DNA of 64,000 nt from a virus. Positions 38,289-47,246 of this stretch are shown here, piece after piece. The DNA lies in IMG/VR virus record IMGVR_UViG_3300044900_000004, positions 1,103-65,102 of that record. One strand, written 5' to 3'. The stretch's first letter is position 1. Each line of letters opens with the position of its first letter. Below the pieces are notes generated by a model that saw nothing but the letters and a program-made list of their open reading frames with translations, did not search any database and was not told the DNA's origin. The translations under genes were made by a program, and so were the position numbers.

Positions 38289-38924
38289 ATGCGTAGTTTA
38301 GGTGTATCTTTTGTTAGTCGTTCTTTTGCAACATTTGCTCTAGTAATTTGTTTCTACAGTTTCTTCATCTCCCCCGAAACCGCAATCAAGACTCAAGCTT
38401 TTTACTGGTTTTGTGGCGCACTTGTGTCAGCGGTAATTCCATATCTAAAGGAAGTAGCAGCATATGTGCGAAGCATCAAACTTGGTGATATTGAAATTGC
38501 TTTGAATGAAGTTAAACATGAAATTCAAAGAGTTGATAACAAGGTAGAAAAGTTAGACAACAAGTTGTTAGCATCGCTGGGTCAAGTTCGTCAAAGTGAA
38601 GCAGCATTGACAAGAGAAGCTCGTGAAAATCGGCAGAGAATTTATGATGAATCTGCTCAAGCTCTTGCATTGCTGCCTCCTGAAAGCAAGATAAACTTAC
38701 AGAAGCGTCTTACACTAAACCATCTTAATGATGCCGGTATTGACGTGCAAACCCTCAAGGGTGTGTTCAAAGATCTTGGTTACTATCAAGGGTCAATCGA
38801 TCAGTTTTTTAATCCTGAGTTGGTGAAATCAATTGAGAGGTTTCAAGCTGAAAAAATACCAGGACAACCTGATGGCATAGTTGGTCCAATTACGCTTTCC
38901 AAGATCGCGGAGCTTCACTCTTAA
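38289..38924 (+). CDS. 2-TM + coiled-coil + peptidoglycan-binding domain protein (cassette-like)
   Basis: LGYYQGSIDQFF...AIERFQ....PDGIVGPIT pattern; AT-rich; ATG embedded in GTTATGC. Confidence 0.75.
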   Translation: MRSLGVSFVSRSFATFALVICFYSFFISPETAIKTQAFYWFCGALVSAVIPYLKEVAAYVRSIKLGDIEIALNEVKHEIQRVDNKVEKLDNKLLASLGQVRQSEAALTREARENRQRIYDESAQALALLPPESKINLQKRLTLNHLNDAGIDVQTLKGVFKDLGYYQGSIDQFFNPELVKSIERFQAEKIPGQPDGIVGPITLSKIAELHS

Positions 38925-38970
38925 GAGCCGTGAAAAAGTTAATCGGCTATTTTTCAGGAGTTGCTGAGCA

Positions 38971-39028
38971 GTCGAACAACCCGGTTGGAGCGGATTGGCA
39001 GTGCAACCGCTCAACCGGAACGTTAGAC
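38971..39028 (+). other. Integron attC-like recombination site (58 bp)
   Basis: GTCGAAC ... CCGGTTGGAGCGG / CCGCTCAACCGG (one extra G) ... GTTAGAC. Confidence 0.65.
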
Positions 39029-39151
39029 CGCTCATCCCTTAGTGGTGGCAGTTCTGGTAACTTTCTAGGTTAGTGTTGGGATTAACTTGAAAACACTTGA
39101 GAGAGTTGAGAGTCTAAGTTTTCAGTGACAATTTAGCTAAGTGAGGCTGAT

Positions 39152-39382
39152 ATGGAGTATCAACGAGTCCGCAAATCTTCCTCCTGGAATCCTCTAAGCC
39201 AGGAAAAAAGCTCTCAGTTTGCTCCGCGCCCCTTTGCTGTTCAAGCACAACAGGATTCTCGTAGACCTCCCACTCAAAAAGAAATAGAGAACGAAGCTCA
39301 GCGGATGGAACGGGCGAAAGCACAGCCGGGCGATCGCTCTAGTCTTGCTGAGTTCAAATTGCGGTTCGATCGACAGCTCTAA
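39152..39382 (+). pseudogene. Probable 5' fragment of a cyanobacterial secreted-effector (DUF4157-type) gene
   Basis: MEYQRVRKSSSWNP..EKSSQFAPRPFAVQAQQDS.RPPTQ.EIENEA recalled as such an N-terminus; diverges after ~50 aa. Confidence 0.45.
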
Positions 39383-39401
39383 ATGTAGTTTTATAACTGA
39401 T

Positions 39402-40025
39402 TCATTCTATTGCCGTTAGCGTTCTCCCAATTCGGGCAAAAACGATTCGACACTTACAGCGATTTTGACAGCTACAGTTTGTGCCCACTGGGATGATGTC
39501 AGCGATCGCCGTCCATTCCAACCTCTGATAATCAATACACTCTGAGCAGTGCCGCGCGCCTGCGTCCAAAATTCGCTTGCCAGCATTGAAGCCTTCCTCA
39601 ATGCGAGAAATCTGCTCTGCTCTTGAGAAAGTGATTTTGACTGATTCGGCATACAGACCGCTGCGCCTAATCGCCTGCGTGGGGGTAACTTTGCCTGCAT
39701 ACAGGTCGCGGGCAAAGTTATCAAGATACTCGAATTGCTTACGAAGTTGGGAACCGATCGCCCCATAGTGTCTAGGCGTGAGTTGCTCCTTTCCCCCCGA
39801 ACTGAGCATTGCCATCTGCAGGTGTGAGGTTTTGATCGTCTCAGCCATGCGAATTTGCCACTCTGCCAGATGAATCTTGCCTTGAGTGAGCAAACGAGTG
39901 TGCGCTTTCAATCGTGCCTCTGAGCGCCCAATTTCTTGGTTGAGCAAGCGAGTGATCTCAGGGCGGGGGACGAACTGCCCTTTGTCGTTGCGGTATTGGC
40001 TGGCGCGGCGATCGTACGTGACCAT
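39402..40025 (-). CDS. Minor capsid / head morphogenesis protein
   Basis: RILDAGARHCSEC...C.CQNRCKCRI. Confidence 0.7.
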   Translation of the reverse strand: MVTYDRRASQYRNDKGQFVPRPEITRLLNQEIGRSEARLKAHTRLLTQGKIHLAEWQIRMAETIKTSHLQMAMLSSGGKEQLTPRHYGAIGSQLRKQFEYLDNFARDLYAGKVTPTQAIRRSGLYAESVKITFSRAEQISRIEEGFNAGKRILDAGARHCSECIDYQRLEWTAIADIIPVGTNCSCQNRCKCRIVFARIGRTLTAIE

Positions 40026-40119
40026 TACGCCCCCAAGCTAATCCACAGACCAAACAGCATCGAACTCAGAAGCAACGCCACCACGAGAGCGATCGCGCTC
40101 ATTGCTTCAAGCCAGTCCT

Positions 40120-40314
40120 TCACAGCGTTGCCAATCCTGACTTAGCGACCTGGTGAGCCACGACTCGTTCACGCACTCTTTGAGCAAGTGTCTCCATAGC
40201 GATCGCATGAACGATCGACTCTGCCTGAGTGCCATATTTTTGCTGATGAAATTCTTCGAGGTTATTGACCGCGCTTTCGATTAATGATTCGTCGATCGTG
40301 ATGTATCCAAACAT
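40120..40314 (-). CDS. Hypothetical protein
   Basis: 64 aa preceded by the motif at 40344. Confidence 0.5.
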   Translation of the reverse strand: MFGYITIDESLIESAVNNLEEFHQQKYGTQAESIVHAIAMETLAQRVRERVVAHQVAKSGLATL

Positions 40315-40343
40315 GGCTCAACTCCGAAATAGTTAATTCAAGA

Positions 40344-40351
40344 ATTCCTAC
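40344..40351 (-). promoter_or_regulatory. GTRGGAAY motif
   Basis: GTAGGAAT, 29 nt before ATG 40314. Confidence 0.6.
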
Positions 40352-40552
40352 AAAATTTGAGCGCCGCCGCCGCACCGGAAAAATTTGTCCCTACCGATGT
40401 TTTTCTATTTGGTCAATCAACCATTGAGTCTTCTCTCTATCTCAACAGAGAGTCGATCGCTGCTTTCCGATCGTCTTTGTTTTTTCAAAATTCGCTCTCT
40501 GCTCTAGAGAGAGTTTTCATTGAGTAAGCCTAAGAGTAAGACTATGAGATTA

Positions 40553-40682
40553 TGGTCGGTATCTCGCCCTTCAAAGTCGGTATCTCGCCCTTCAAAGTCT
40601 GAATACCGACTTTGGCACCCAGAGCGGCTTTGAGCTTCTCTATTTAGAGGATATTAGAAAGCGGCAAAATACCGACTTTGGG
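40553..40682. repeat. Iteron-like direct and inverted repeats
   Basis: 21-bp tandem GTCGGTATCTCGCCCTTCAAA x2 plus two inverted AATACCGACTTTGG copies. Confidence 0.7.
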
Positions 40683-40955
40683 CATCCACTCACTTTTTAG
40701 ACAAGAAATGCACCCAAAATTGACCTTCAGTGCAGCAAGTTCGCTCGATCAATTTGTTGGAATAGTGCAAACCTTTTCCCTTAATACTGTTAGTTTGATC
40801 GTTGCGATCAAGCGTGTTTAAGATTGGCTTGCGTTAGAATAATAGTGGTTTGCATTAAAATAATAGTGGTTTTAGTGGCTTAAAACGACGCGATCGCTAA
40901 ACTCTTGCAGGAGTCCGGCGATCGCTAACCAGTCCGCATTTTAGAGGAATGCAAA

Positions 40956-41603
40956 ATGGCTAGAAGAATTATAGTTGAGCCAGGAGACAGGTTTGAAGCC
41001 TTGGTGGTTGTAGAAGAACTTCCGGTGCAAAGGTATCCAAACGGAGCCAAGTATCGTTCTTTTAGGCTTGCCTGCGATTGTGGCTCTGAAGTCAGAGCAA
41101 TCTTAGGGCATTTGAGATCTGGACACACTTCGTCTTGTGGATGCAGCAGAAGAGCCTACTATCAGTCTGTTATGCCTGAGTATCGCGTTTGGCAGCAGAT
41201 GAAGCAAAGATGCGGGAATCCAAGGTGCCGAGCATACTCTAGGTATGGCGGCAGAGGGATTAAGGTTTGCGATGCCTGGAAGAATTCATTTGAAGCTTTT
41301 ATCTCGGATATGGGTTTGCGTCCATCTGACGGGCACACCATAGACAGAATTGACGTGAACGGAGATTACGAGCCGAGCAATTGCCGATGGGCTACTCGGC
41401 AAGAGCAGATGCACAACATAAGGACTAATCGAGAGGTTGAGTTTAGGGGTGTTAAAAAATGCATTGGCGCATGGGCAAGGCACTTCAGCAAACACCCTTC
41501 AACTCTGTACAAGACTAAGACAAGCGAGGGTGTTTGTAAGATCTTAGAGCGATGGGCGGCCCTAAGAGATTGTGAGAATCAGGAGGCTTTTTTCAAAAAA
41601 TGA
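40956..41603 (+). CDS. HNH homing endonuclease
   Basis: CDCG...SCGC, RYGGRGIKVC, TIDRIDVNGDYEPSNCRWAT. Confidence 0.85.
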   Translation: MARRIIVEPGDRFEALVVVEELPVQRYPNGAKYRSFRLACDCGSEVRAILGHLRSGHTSSCGCSRRAYYQSVMPEYRVWQQMKQRCGNPRCRAYSRYGGRGIKVCDAWKNSFEAFISDMGLRPSDGHTIDRIDVNGDYEPSNCRWATRQEQMHNIRTNREVEFRGVKKCIGAWARHFSKHPSTLYKTKTSEGVCKILERWAALRDCENQEAFFKK

Positions 41604-42094
41604 GCCCAAAATGATCCGTCGCTCATACAGGTGCGGCGGATTAGTTCGTTCGAGTAATGCAACCCTTTGCCCCTGCAATCGTTAGCATCATCATTCCTGT
41701 CGTATCCCCACTCATTCCACTCGCCATAAGGGTCATGTACCCAGAAGCCATTGTCATCAGCCCCAGTCACGGCGATGATGTGGCCACTTGAAGTGAAAAA
41801 TCCGGCAATGATCGCTGGATTAGTTTTGACCCATTCCTTCACCTCGGCGATCGTTGCATTCGATTTGAACTCATCATTCACGCCGTAGGCTTCGGCCACT
41901 CTGGCCAGATCGTGGGGACTGTGGCGGTCTAGTCCATGCTCTTCGCAATAATCATCTAATTCGTCAGGGAACCGCCGCTCAGTTCGGGGGGAAACACCCA
42001 AATACAGCAAGCACATTGCCAGGCTTGAAACGTTGCAGCTTCCGAATGGATTGTCTGCATTCGATAGCTGATCAAAATAAGGAACGTTGAGCAT
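41579..42094 (-). CDS. C39-like peptidase, candidate endolysin
   Basis: LNVPYFDQ...SCNVSSLAM...GHII...VHDPYG (Cys-His-Asp). Confidence 0.8.
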   Translation of the reverse strand: MLNVPYFDQLSNADNPFGSCNVSSLAMCLLYLGVSPRTERRFPDELDDYCEEHGLDRHSPHDLARVAEAYGVNDEFKSNATIAEVKEWVKTNPAIIAGFFTSSGHIIAVTGADDNGFWVHDPYGEWNEWGYDRNDDANDCRGKGLHYSNELIRRTCMSDGSFWAHFLKKAS

Positions 42095-42123
42095 CAGGAG
42101 TCCAAAAATGACTATGCCTGAAT

Positions 42124-42131
42124 ATTCCTAC
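42124..42131 (-). promoter_or_regulatory. GTRGGAAY motif
   Basis: GTAGGAAT, 29 nt before ATG 42094. Confidence 0.6.
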
Positions 42132-42349
42132 GTTTGGCTTTGAGAAAAGGCTTGAGAGAGGGATGAGCCAACTGGATGGCTCGATCGATGTCCACTTGAG
42201 TGATTTTCGGCTTAGAAGCGGCAACTGAAATCGGTGAACCGATTGGCTTGAACAGCGGTTCGGGGGGAGTCATGATCTAGAAGTCAACAGACGGCAGATT
42301 ACGATCGTCCTGAAGTTGTCGGAAAAACCGACAACTTCAAATTGAGTCA

Positions 42350-42577
42350 TTACTTACGCTTGAGCAGGGAGAACGATCGACAGAGCAGCACCGGAATCCA
42401 CGCAAAGCCGAGAAATGCAAAAGTGAATACAAAAAACAGACTGACCAAGATCACCGCATCGTCACCACGATCTTCTGCCATGTCGATCGCTATCTCGCTG
42501 ATATCAACGTTTTGAACATAGTCATTGCAGGTAAATATCCATCCACCCAGATAGCAAACCCAAAGAGCTGTAAGCAT
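42350..42577 (-). CDS. Small 2-TM protein (holin candidate)
   Basis: CYLGGWIF...WIPVLLCR; paralog of 42618..42800. Confidence 0.55.
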   Translation of the reverse strand: MLTALWVCYLGGWIFTCNDYVQNVDISEIAIDMAEDRGDDAVILVSLFFVFTFAFLGFAWIPVLLCRSFSLLKRK

Positions 42578-42617
42578 TTGCAGTTAATTTTTAGCTTTCA
42601 GCGTAAGGGTTCCCGCG

Positions 42618-42800
42618 TCATGATCTAGAGGTCAACAGACGGCAGAGTACGATCGGAACCCAGTAAAAAAACAGAATGGCAAACATCATTCCGATAAGTA
42701 GGCTGGAACAAATGCCGTCGTCTGGCTCACTGACGGTCTCAGCAAAGTCCACGCAAATGAATATCCACCCAATCAGGTAGCAAGCAACGATCGTCGTCAT
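42618..42800 (-). CDS. Small 2-TM protein (holin candidate)
   Basis: CYLIGWIF...WVPIVLCR. Confidence 0.55.
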   Translation of the reverse strand: MTTIVACYLIGWIFICVDFAETVSEPDDGICSSLLIGMMFAILFFYWVPIVLCRLLTSRS

Positions 42801-42931
42801 CTTCGGGTTCGGTTAATTCGTGAGTTGTGGCCCTCTAGCCATACCGAAAAGCCCAGCACGAAGACGCAGGCGGCAACGTTGGCAAAAAAGGCAAGCAGCA
42901 TAAAAGCGAAGGGATTAGGGCAGTTCATCAT
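42797..42931 (-). CDS. 44-aa single-TM protein
   Basis: MMNCPNPFAFMLLAFFANVAACVFVLGFSVWL...; stop overlaps ATG 42800. Confidence 0.4.
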   Translation of the reverse strand: MMNCPNPFAFMLLAFFANVAACVFVLGFSVWLEGHNSRINRTRR

Positions 42932-44342
42932 TTGGTTCTGTGTTCTGAGTTCCTACGAGATCTACATTCTGCTCAATTTCCTCAAGCTTCGTGTCAGCAG
43001 GGAGCCAGCGACGCGCTAAGAGCATTTGTAAGCCAAGAGCCTGGGGAATTTGAACGCCCATTGCATCCAAAATGATTTGGATTTCTTGCGGGGTTGCTGG
43101 GATTTGCAGAATCGATTCGTTTACGTCCAAGCTGCCAGTGGCTGGTTCACGGGTGAACGCTGCCCAGAACCTGAAGATCTGCTGTGAGCAAGATTCTTTG
43201 CGGGTAGCCATACCCTTGAGAGTTGCCTGCGTTTGAGCAGTGTCCAGAACCACCTCGGTTGCCGTTTTCGCTGTCTCGCTGCCAGAGAGAAACGCTAGCG
43301 TCACGCGATCCATCGATCGCTCTAGCTTTTCAATATCTGCCTGCGTCAATGCCATGCCGCTGCCCGAAGGTTCGGCAAAAGAGAAATCGCCTGTTTCTGG
43401 GACATCGACAACCGAATTTGGACCAATCACCAGACGCGGCATGATCGGCGGCTGCCCTGGGACAGTTGGGGCGATCGCTTTTGCACCTTTCCGCACAGGC
43501 ACAGGCATATTGATCTTGTACTGGATTTCGTTGAAGCTCGATCGCTTCTGCAGATGCTCAATGTTCAGCCTCGCTAAATTCATGAATGGCGGCTGACCCT
43601 GGAACAATTTAGATTCTGAAATGCTGTACCAAACGATCGGCACTTCACTCAGGCTCGTCTTCCCCTCATCCACCAGCCGCTTAACGTAGCCCTGCTTCGT
43701 GTGAATCAGTTCGTAAACCTCAAAGGAGCCAGGGCGCAACACGCGATAGAGAGTCTGCTGTTTGGTGCCAAATTCGCCATCGTCAACCTCCTCGATCGTG
43801 CGAATCACCACGCGATTGATAAACTGTTTGCCGCCTCGGTGAGTCGTGCTCCAGTTGAGAATGTCGCGCCGATCGATGAGCACCAAATAGGGCCGTCTTC
43901 CCGATTCGAGTAAGTCCCGATTGGTGAGGATTTCAGGATCTTCAGGTGGATACTCCACCAAAATTCCGCACCCACCGTCACGCATCACCAGCTCATCAGC
44001 TTCGGTGAAGAACGTCACTAGATCATTACCCTGTCCGTCGATGTCTTTTTCAGAAAGTACGATCGACGCTGGGACTTCATCCGTGAGCGTAAACTCACTC
44101 AGCAAACCCGCATGACCTTTGAGCGCAGGGGTGAATCGGTTGTCGAAGTGGGCGCGATCGAGCCTGTTTTTATAAGCTTTTTCTGGCTCTGCCTGCTCTT
44201 TGGGGAGATATTGTTTTTTGCAGTTTTTGAGGTCGTTCCAGACATTCCACACCAAATCAAGTTCATCCTGCACCTCTAGAAGGTTTGGGTGCAGGAAGCT
44301 GGGGAGGGTGTTGTCTGTGGTGGGAATTGCAGCGGTTCTCAT
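42915..44342 (-). CDS. Portal protein (DUF4055-like)
   Basis: 475 aa; YLPKEQAE...YKNRL; LARLNIEH; AKTATE. Confidence 0.85.
   Translation of the reverse strand: MRTAAIPTTDNTLPSFLHPNLLEVQDELDLVWNVWNDLKNCKKQYLPKEQAEPEKAYKNRLDRAHFDNRFTPALKGHAGLLSEFTLTDEVPASIVLSEKDIDGQGNDLVTFFTEADELVMRDGGCGILVEYPPEDPEILTNRDLLESGRRPYLVLIDRRDILNWSTTHRGGKQFINRVVIRTIEEVDDGEFGTKQQTLYRVLRPGSFEVYELIHTKQGYVKRLVDEGKTSLSEVPIVWYSISESKLFQGQPPFMNLARLNIEHLQKRSSFNEIQYKINMPVPVRKGAKAIAPTVPGQPPIMPRLVIGPNSVVDVPETGDFSFAEPSGSGMALTQADIEKLERSMDRVTLAFLSGSETAKTATEVVLDTAQTQATLKGMATRKESCSQQIFRFWAAFTREPATGSLDVNESILQIPATPQEIQIILDAMGVQIPQALGLQMLLARRWLPADTKLEEIEQNVDLVGTQNTEPNDELP
42949..42956 (-). promoter_or_regulatory. GTRGGAAY motif inside the portal 3' end
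   Basis: GTAGGAAC, 17-20 nt before the small membrane-gene cluster. Confidence 0.45.
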
Positions 44343-44351
44343 GCCGTTGGA

Positions 44352-44359
44352 GTTCCCAC
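44352..44359 (-). promoter_or_regulatory. GTRGGAAY motif
   Basis: GTGGGAAC, 9 nt before the portal ATG, after hairpin + T5. Confidence 0.6.
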
Positions 44360-44362
44360 AGC

Positions 44363-44392
44363 AAAAAGCCCCTTAGTTTGGGGCTAAAGGGA
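44363..44392 (-). terminator. Terminator ending the leftward early operon
   Basis: GCCCC...GGGGC hairpin followed by T5 on minus strand. Confidence 0.55.
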
Positions 44393-44412
44393 ATGAGGGT
44401 TGTTTTGGGCTA

Positions 44413-44625
44413 CTAGAGTTGGTTGGCTCGATCGACAGACTCCCTGACATCGATCGCACTAATCCGACAGTCTTGGTACTGCTCACGAACCATGCCTCGA
44501 AGGATTACAGGTTCGTTGGAATTAGGGGAAATGCCTGCTTTGCTAAGGAGCGATCGACATTGGTCATTGCTCAGGCGACAGATTAACGCTTGGACAGATG
44601 TTTGTGTTTTCATGGCTCCTAGCAT
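44413..44625 (-). CDS. Hypothetical early protein
   Basis: 70-aa ORF in leftward small-gene run. Confidence 0.45.
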   Translation of the reverse strand: MLGAMKTQTSVQALICRLSNDQCRSLLSKAGISPNSNEPVILRGMVREQYQDCRISAIDVRESVDRANQL

Positions 44626-44886
44626 TTGGAGAACAGAAGAGCGGCAAGACGATCGACGGGATCAAGTTTTGTTGTTACTGTTTGGGCAAGAATCACCTCA
44701 ACTAATTCGACTGCTAGATCGCGGGAGGTTGGGTCTCCGATTTCGTTGAGTGCCTCGCAGGTTTTGTTGGAGGAATGCGATCGCGCCCACTTCATTGATC
44801 GCCGCTTTGATTTGTTCAGTGCTCATGGTTTGTTTGAGGTTTGAGGTTTGAGGTTTGGCTGAATTAGTTCGGGGGGAAATTAGAAG

Positions 44887-45096
44887 TTAGTTCCAGGAGT
44901 CGATTAGCTCCTCTGCGGCAAATTCAGCTTCTTCCTGGCTTGAGAATTCTTCAGAAGCGATCGTTTTACCGGGAGCGCGAACCAAGCTTTTATATGCGGC
45001 ACCCTGCGGGGTTTCGGACTTATGGATCTCAATGGTCAGTCCTTTGTACAGATAGGTGAGCGGCAGTTCTTCGATCGGGGTTTGTTTTTCTTGCAT
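44887..45096 (-). CDS. Hypothetical early protein
   Basis: 69-aa ORF. Confidence 0.5.
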   Translation of the reverse strand: MQEKQTPIEELPLTYLYKGLTIEIHKSETPQGAAYKSLVRAPGKTIASEEFSSQEEAEFAAEELIDSWN

Positions 45097-45114
45097 GGTT
45101 TTTCAGGTGATTGG

Positions 45115-45312
45115 CTAGGGTTTTGGAGCGAGCTTGACTCGATCGCTGCCTCGCAAAGTGTGGATAAGTGCGCCATGCTCATCCCAGATGGAGATTCGCT
45201 TGCCTCCAGAATTTCCTTGAGATTTGAGGTCCCCGATCGTAAAAGTCCTTTGAGAGATCTCTACGGAGTCTCCGATCTGTAAGTCCCTAGCCAACTTCGT
45301 CTGTTTTTTCAT
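45115..45312 (-). CDS. Hypothetical early protein
   Basis: 65 aa; ARDLQIGD pattern. Confidence 0.55.
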   Translation of the reverse strand: MKKQTKLARDLQIGDSVEISQRTFTIGDLKSQGNSGGKRISIWDEHGALIHTLRGSDRVKLAPKP

Positions 45313-45377
45313 TGGTGTTAGATTTCAGGAGTAATGATTAGGAATGTGAGGCGAAAAGCCTGCTATAGAGCAATCCT

Positions 45378-45815
45378 TTATTTTTTGAGCAGCAGGTAGA
45401 ATCCTGCCCAGAAAATGCCTTCTCCAACAGCGCTGTAAGCATCCCTGTTGTTTTCGTTCCAGCTGATCAAAACGTCTCGGCTGAGTCCCATCGTCGAAGA
45501 CAATAGACCAAGCCAGAAAGGCTTAAAAGGCTTGATAAACAAGATGAAGGAGATTGAGCGCTGCTCTATTTCCGATTCGGACTCTGCTATAGACTCAATC
45601 TCTTCGAGCGAAAATTGATGGATAAAATCAATTTGCTTTTCTTGCACCGGGGAAAGTAGCGAGTTGCGAACTCCGTATTTCTTTAGACAAGATTCTGAAC
45701 CCGCGATCGCTATTTGTTGAGCGTTTTCCGTCCCTCCTATGATTGAACTGAAAACCTCGCGAACAATTGAGGGCTTCTTTTCAATAAACTCTTCAACCAA
45801 GTGTCTAGTGATCAT
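45378..45815 (-). CDS. Hypothetical early protein
   Basis: 145-aa ORF. Confidence 0.55.
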   Translation of the reverse strand: MITRHLVEEFIEKKPSIVREVFSSIIGGTENAQQIAIAGSESCLKKYGVRNSLLSPVQEKQIDFIHQFSLEEIESIAESESEIEQRSISFILFIKPFKPFWLGLLSSTMGLSRDVLISWNENNRDAYSAVGEGIFWAGFYLLLKK

Positions 45816-45887
45816 GATTTCAAGTTGTGAGTGCGCTTGCCCAAGGCGCGGACACGGGGGCGATCGGCATTAGATTTGTTTGTGAAA

Positions 45888-46160
45888 CTACAGTTGGCTC
45901 AGAGCACGCCCGATCGCTTCGTACAGTGCGGGTTTGCGAGGGTCGTGCTCTAGTGTTTCTATCAGGCAAAAACGAGGCGCAGTGTTGAATCCCAGGCATG
46001 GGTTTAGCGCCCAGCGATGGCCGTATCTGACGGAATCGCCCAAAACCTCGACGTGTGTGATTGCATAGGCGTAACCGCCACTGCCGACCCAGACGGGATA
46101 CTCAACGGACGAGCCTGGGGCGATCGGGTAGTTGCCAGGATTGGTGAAAGCTAATTTCAT
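45888..46160 (-). CDS. Hypothetical early protein
   Basis: 90-aa ORF. Confidence 0.55.
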   Translation of the reverse strand: MKLAFTNPGNYPIAPGSSVEYPVWVGSGGYAYAITHVEVLGDSVRYGHRWALNPCLGFNTAPRFCLIETLEHDPRKPALYEAIGRALSQL

Positions 46161-46392
46161 GGGTTTGAAGGCTAAAGATTAGTTGGGGAAGTTTTGAGGC
46201 TTCCCCGGTGGAATTAGAAGGGAATTGCAAGGCTCTCAAGTTCGGGTGAGATCCAAATTACCCAGTGTCGATCGAGGCTAAAGGTTAAAGCCACAGCCCC
46301 CACTCCGTAACGGTTGCGATCGCGCTCCCACTGTTGAAAGTCTTCCAAAGCTTGAGCAAATCGATCCGACTGCCAGCGTCGCCAAACTTTCA

Positions 46393-46710
46393 TTACGCCA
46401 ACCTCTGAGAGAGCAGGAAGTCAACGGCTTCTGTGTGCTCCAAATGAGCGATGCCATCGTAGAAAGGAGTGCGGCAAAGGTGGGTGATCTGCCAGCATTC
46501 GGTGCGTTTGTTGAACTCGATCGCTCCCAATAGTTGACGAGTGCCTGAAAGTTTGTGCAGGGTGCAAGCGTAGAGTCCTGATCCTTTGTTGCCATCGTGG
46601 TTAAACACAACCTGACCATAGGGAGTTTCGTAGACGGTGCGAGAGAGGGAGGTGCTACTGCGTTCCTTAAGTGCTGGGCGTTGAGTATTGAGAAGAACTG
46701 CTGATATCAT
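46393..46710 (-). CDS. Hypothetical early protein
   Basis: First gene of the leftward operon after the conserved leader hairpin. Confidence 0.55.
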   Translation of the reverse strand: MISAVLLNTQRPALKERSSTSLSRTVYETPYGQVVFNHDGNKGSGLYACTLHKLSGTRQLLGAIEFNKRTECWQITHLCRTPFYDGIAHLEHTEAVDFLLSQRLA

Positions 46711-46854
46711 TTGAGTTAAGACCTTGCTAAGGGGATTGTGGTTAAGAACCTTGCTAAGGGTTTAAGAGAGGCGTTGCTTACTTCTTGGTCGGAGGGGCAA
46801 CGCTTTCTCTATGTCTATTAGTATGGCATATCGTACATACGATAGCAACAATAA

Positions 46855-46907
46855 TACATACGTAAAACTGATTACTTGCCAAATGGATAATCAGTTTTAC
46901 GTATGTA
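46855..46907. promoter_or_regulatory. Operator region: perfect 20-bp inverted repeat
   Basis: TACATACGTAAAACTGATTA-N13-TAATCAGTTTTACGTATGTA, with extra TACATACG/CGTATGTA half-sites at ~46834 and ~46910. Confidence 0.7.
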
Positions 46908-46949
46908 ATCGTATGTACGTTTAATTCAAATGCGTGTAATGATGGGTTT

Positions 46950-47246
46950 GTGTTGTTCAATAAAGGAAAGAACCTCGTGACACAAGCCATTGTGGGAAGA
47001 CCCAAAAAGCCAGCTAAACGCCAAAACTACAAGATTTCATACGATCTTCTTGCTAGTTTGAAGGGCGTGTCGATTTTAGAAGATCGCAGTGATACTGCTC
47101 AGTTGGAGCGCTGGATCAGAGAAGGTGTCGATCGGTGGCGAACGGAAAACCCCTCCAAAAACAAAGACCTTAATGAGTTGATAAAAAGCTTTTTGGCAAG
47201 CGAAGGGGTTGAAGATGATCAGAACGACGATCGCCCACAAAAATAA
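46950..47246 (+). CDS. Ribbon-helix-helix (Arc-like) regulator
   Basis: NYKISYDLLASLKGVSILEDRSDTAQLERWIREGV. Confidence 0.6.
   Translation: MLFNKGKNLVTQAIVGRPKKPAKRQNYKISYDLLASLKGVSILEDRSDTAQLERWIREGVDRWRTENPSKNKDLNELIKSFLASEGVEDDQNDDRPQK

Noticed and set aside
44833-44857. TTTGAGG heptamer tandem (also GAGGAGT-like at ~63507-63532)
   Set aside because: Ordinary short heptamer repeats common in cyanobacterial intergenic DNA; no spacers, so not CRISPR.
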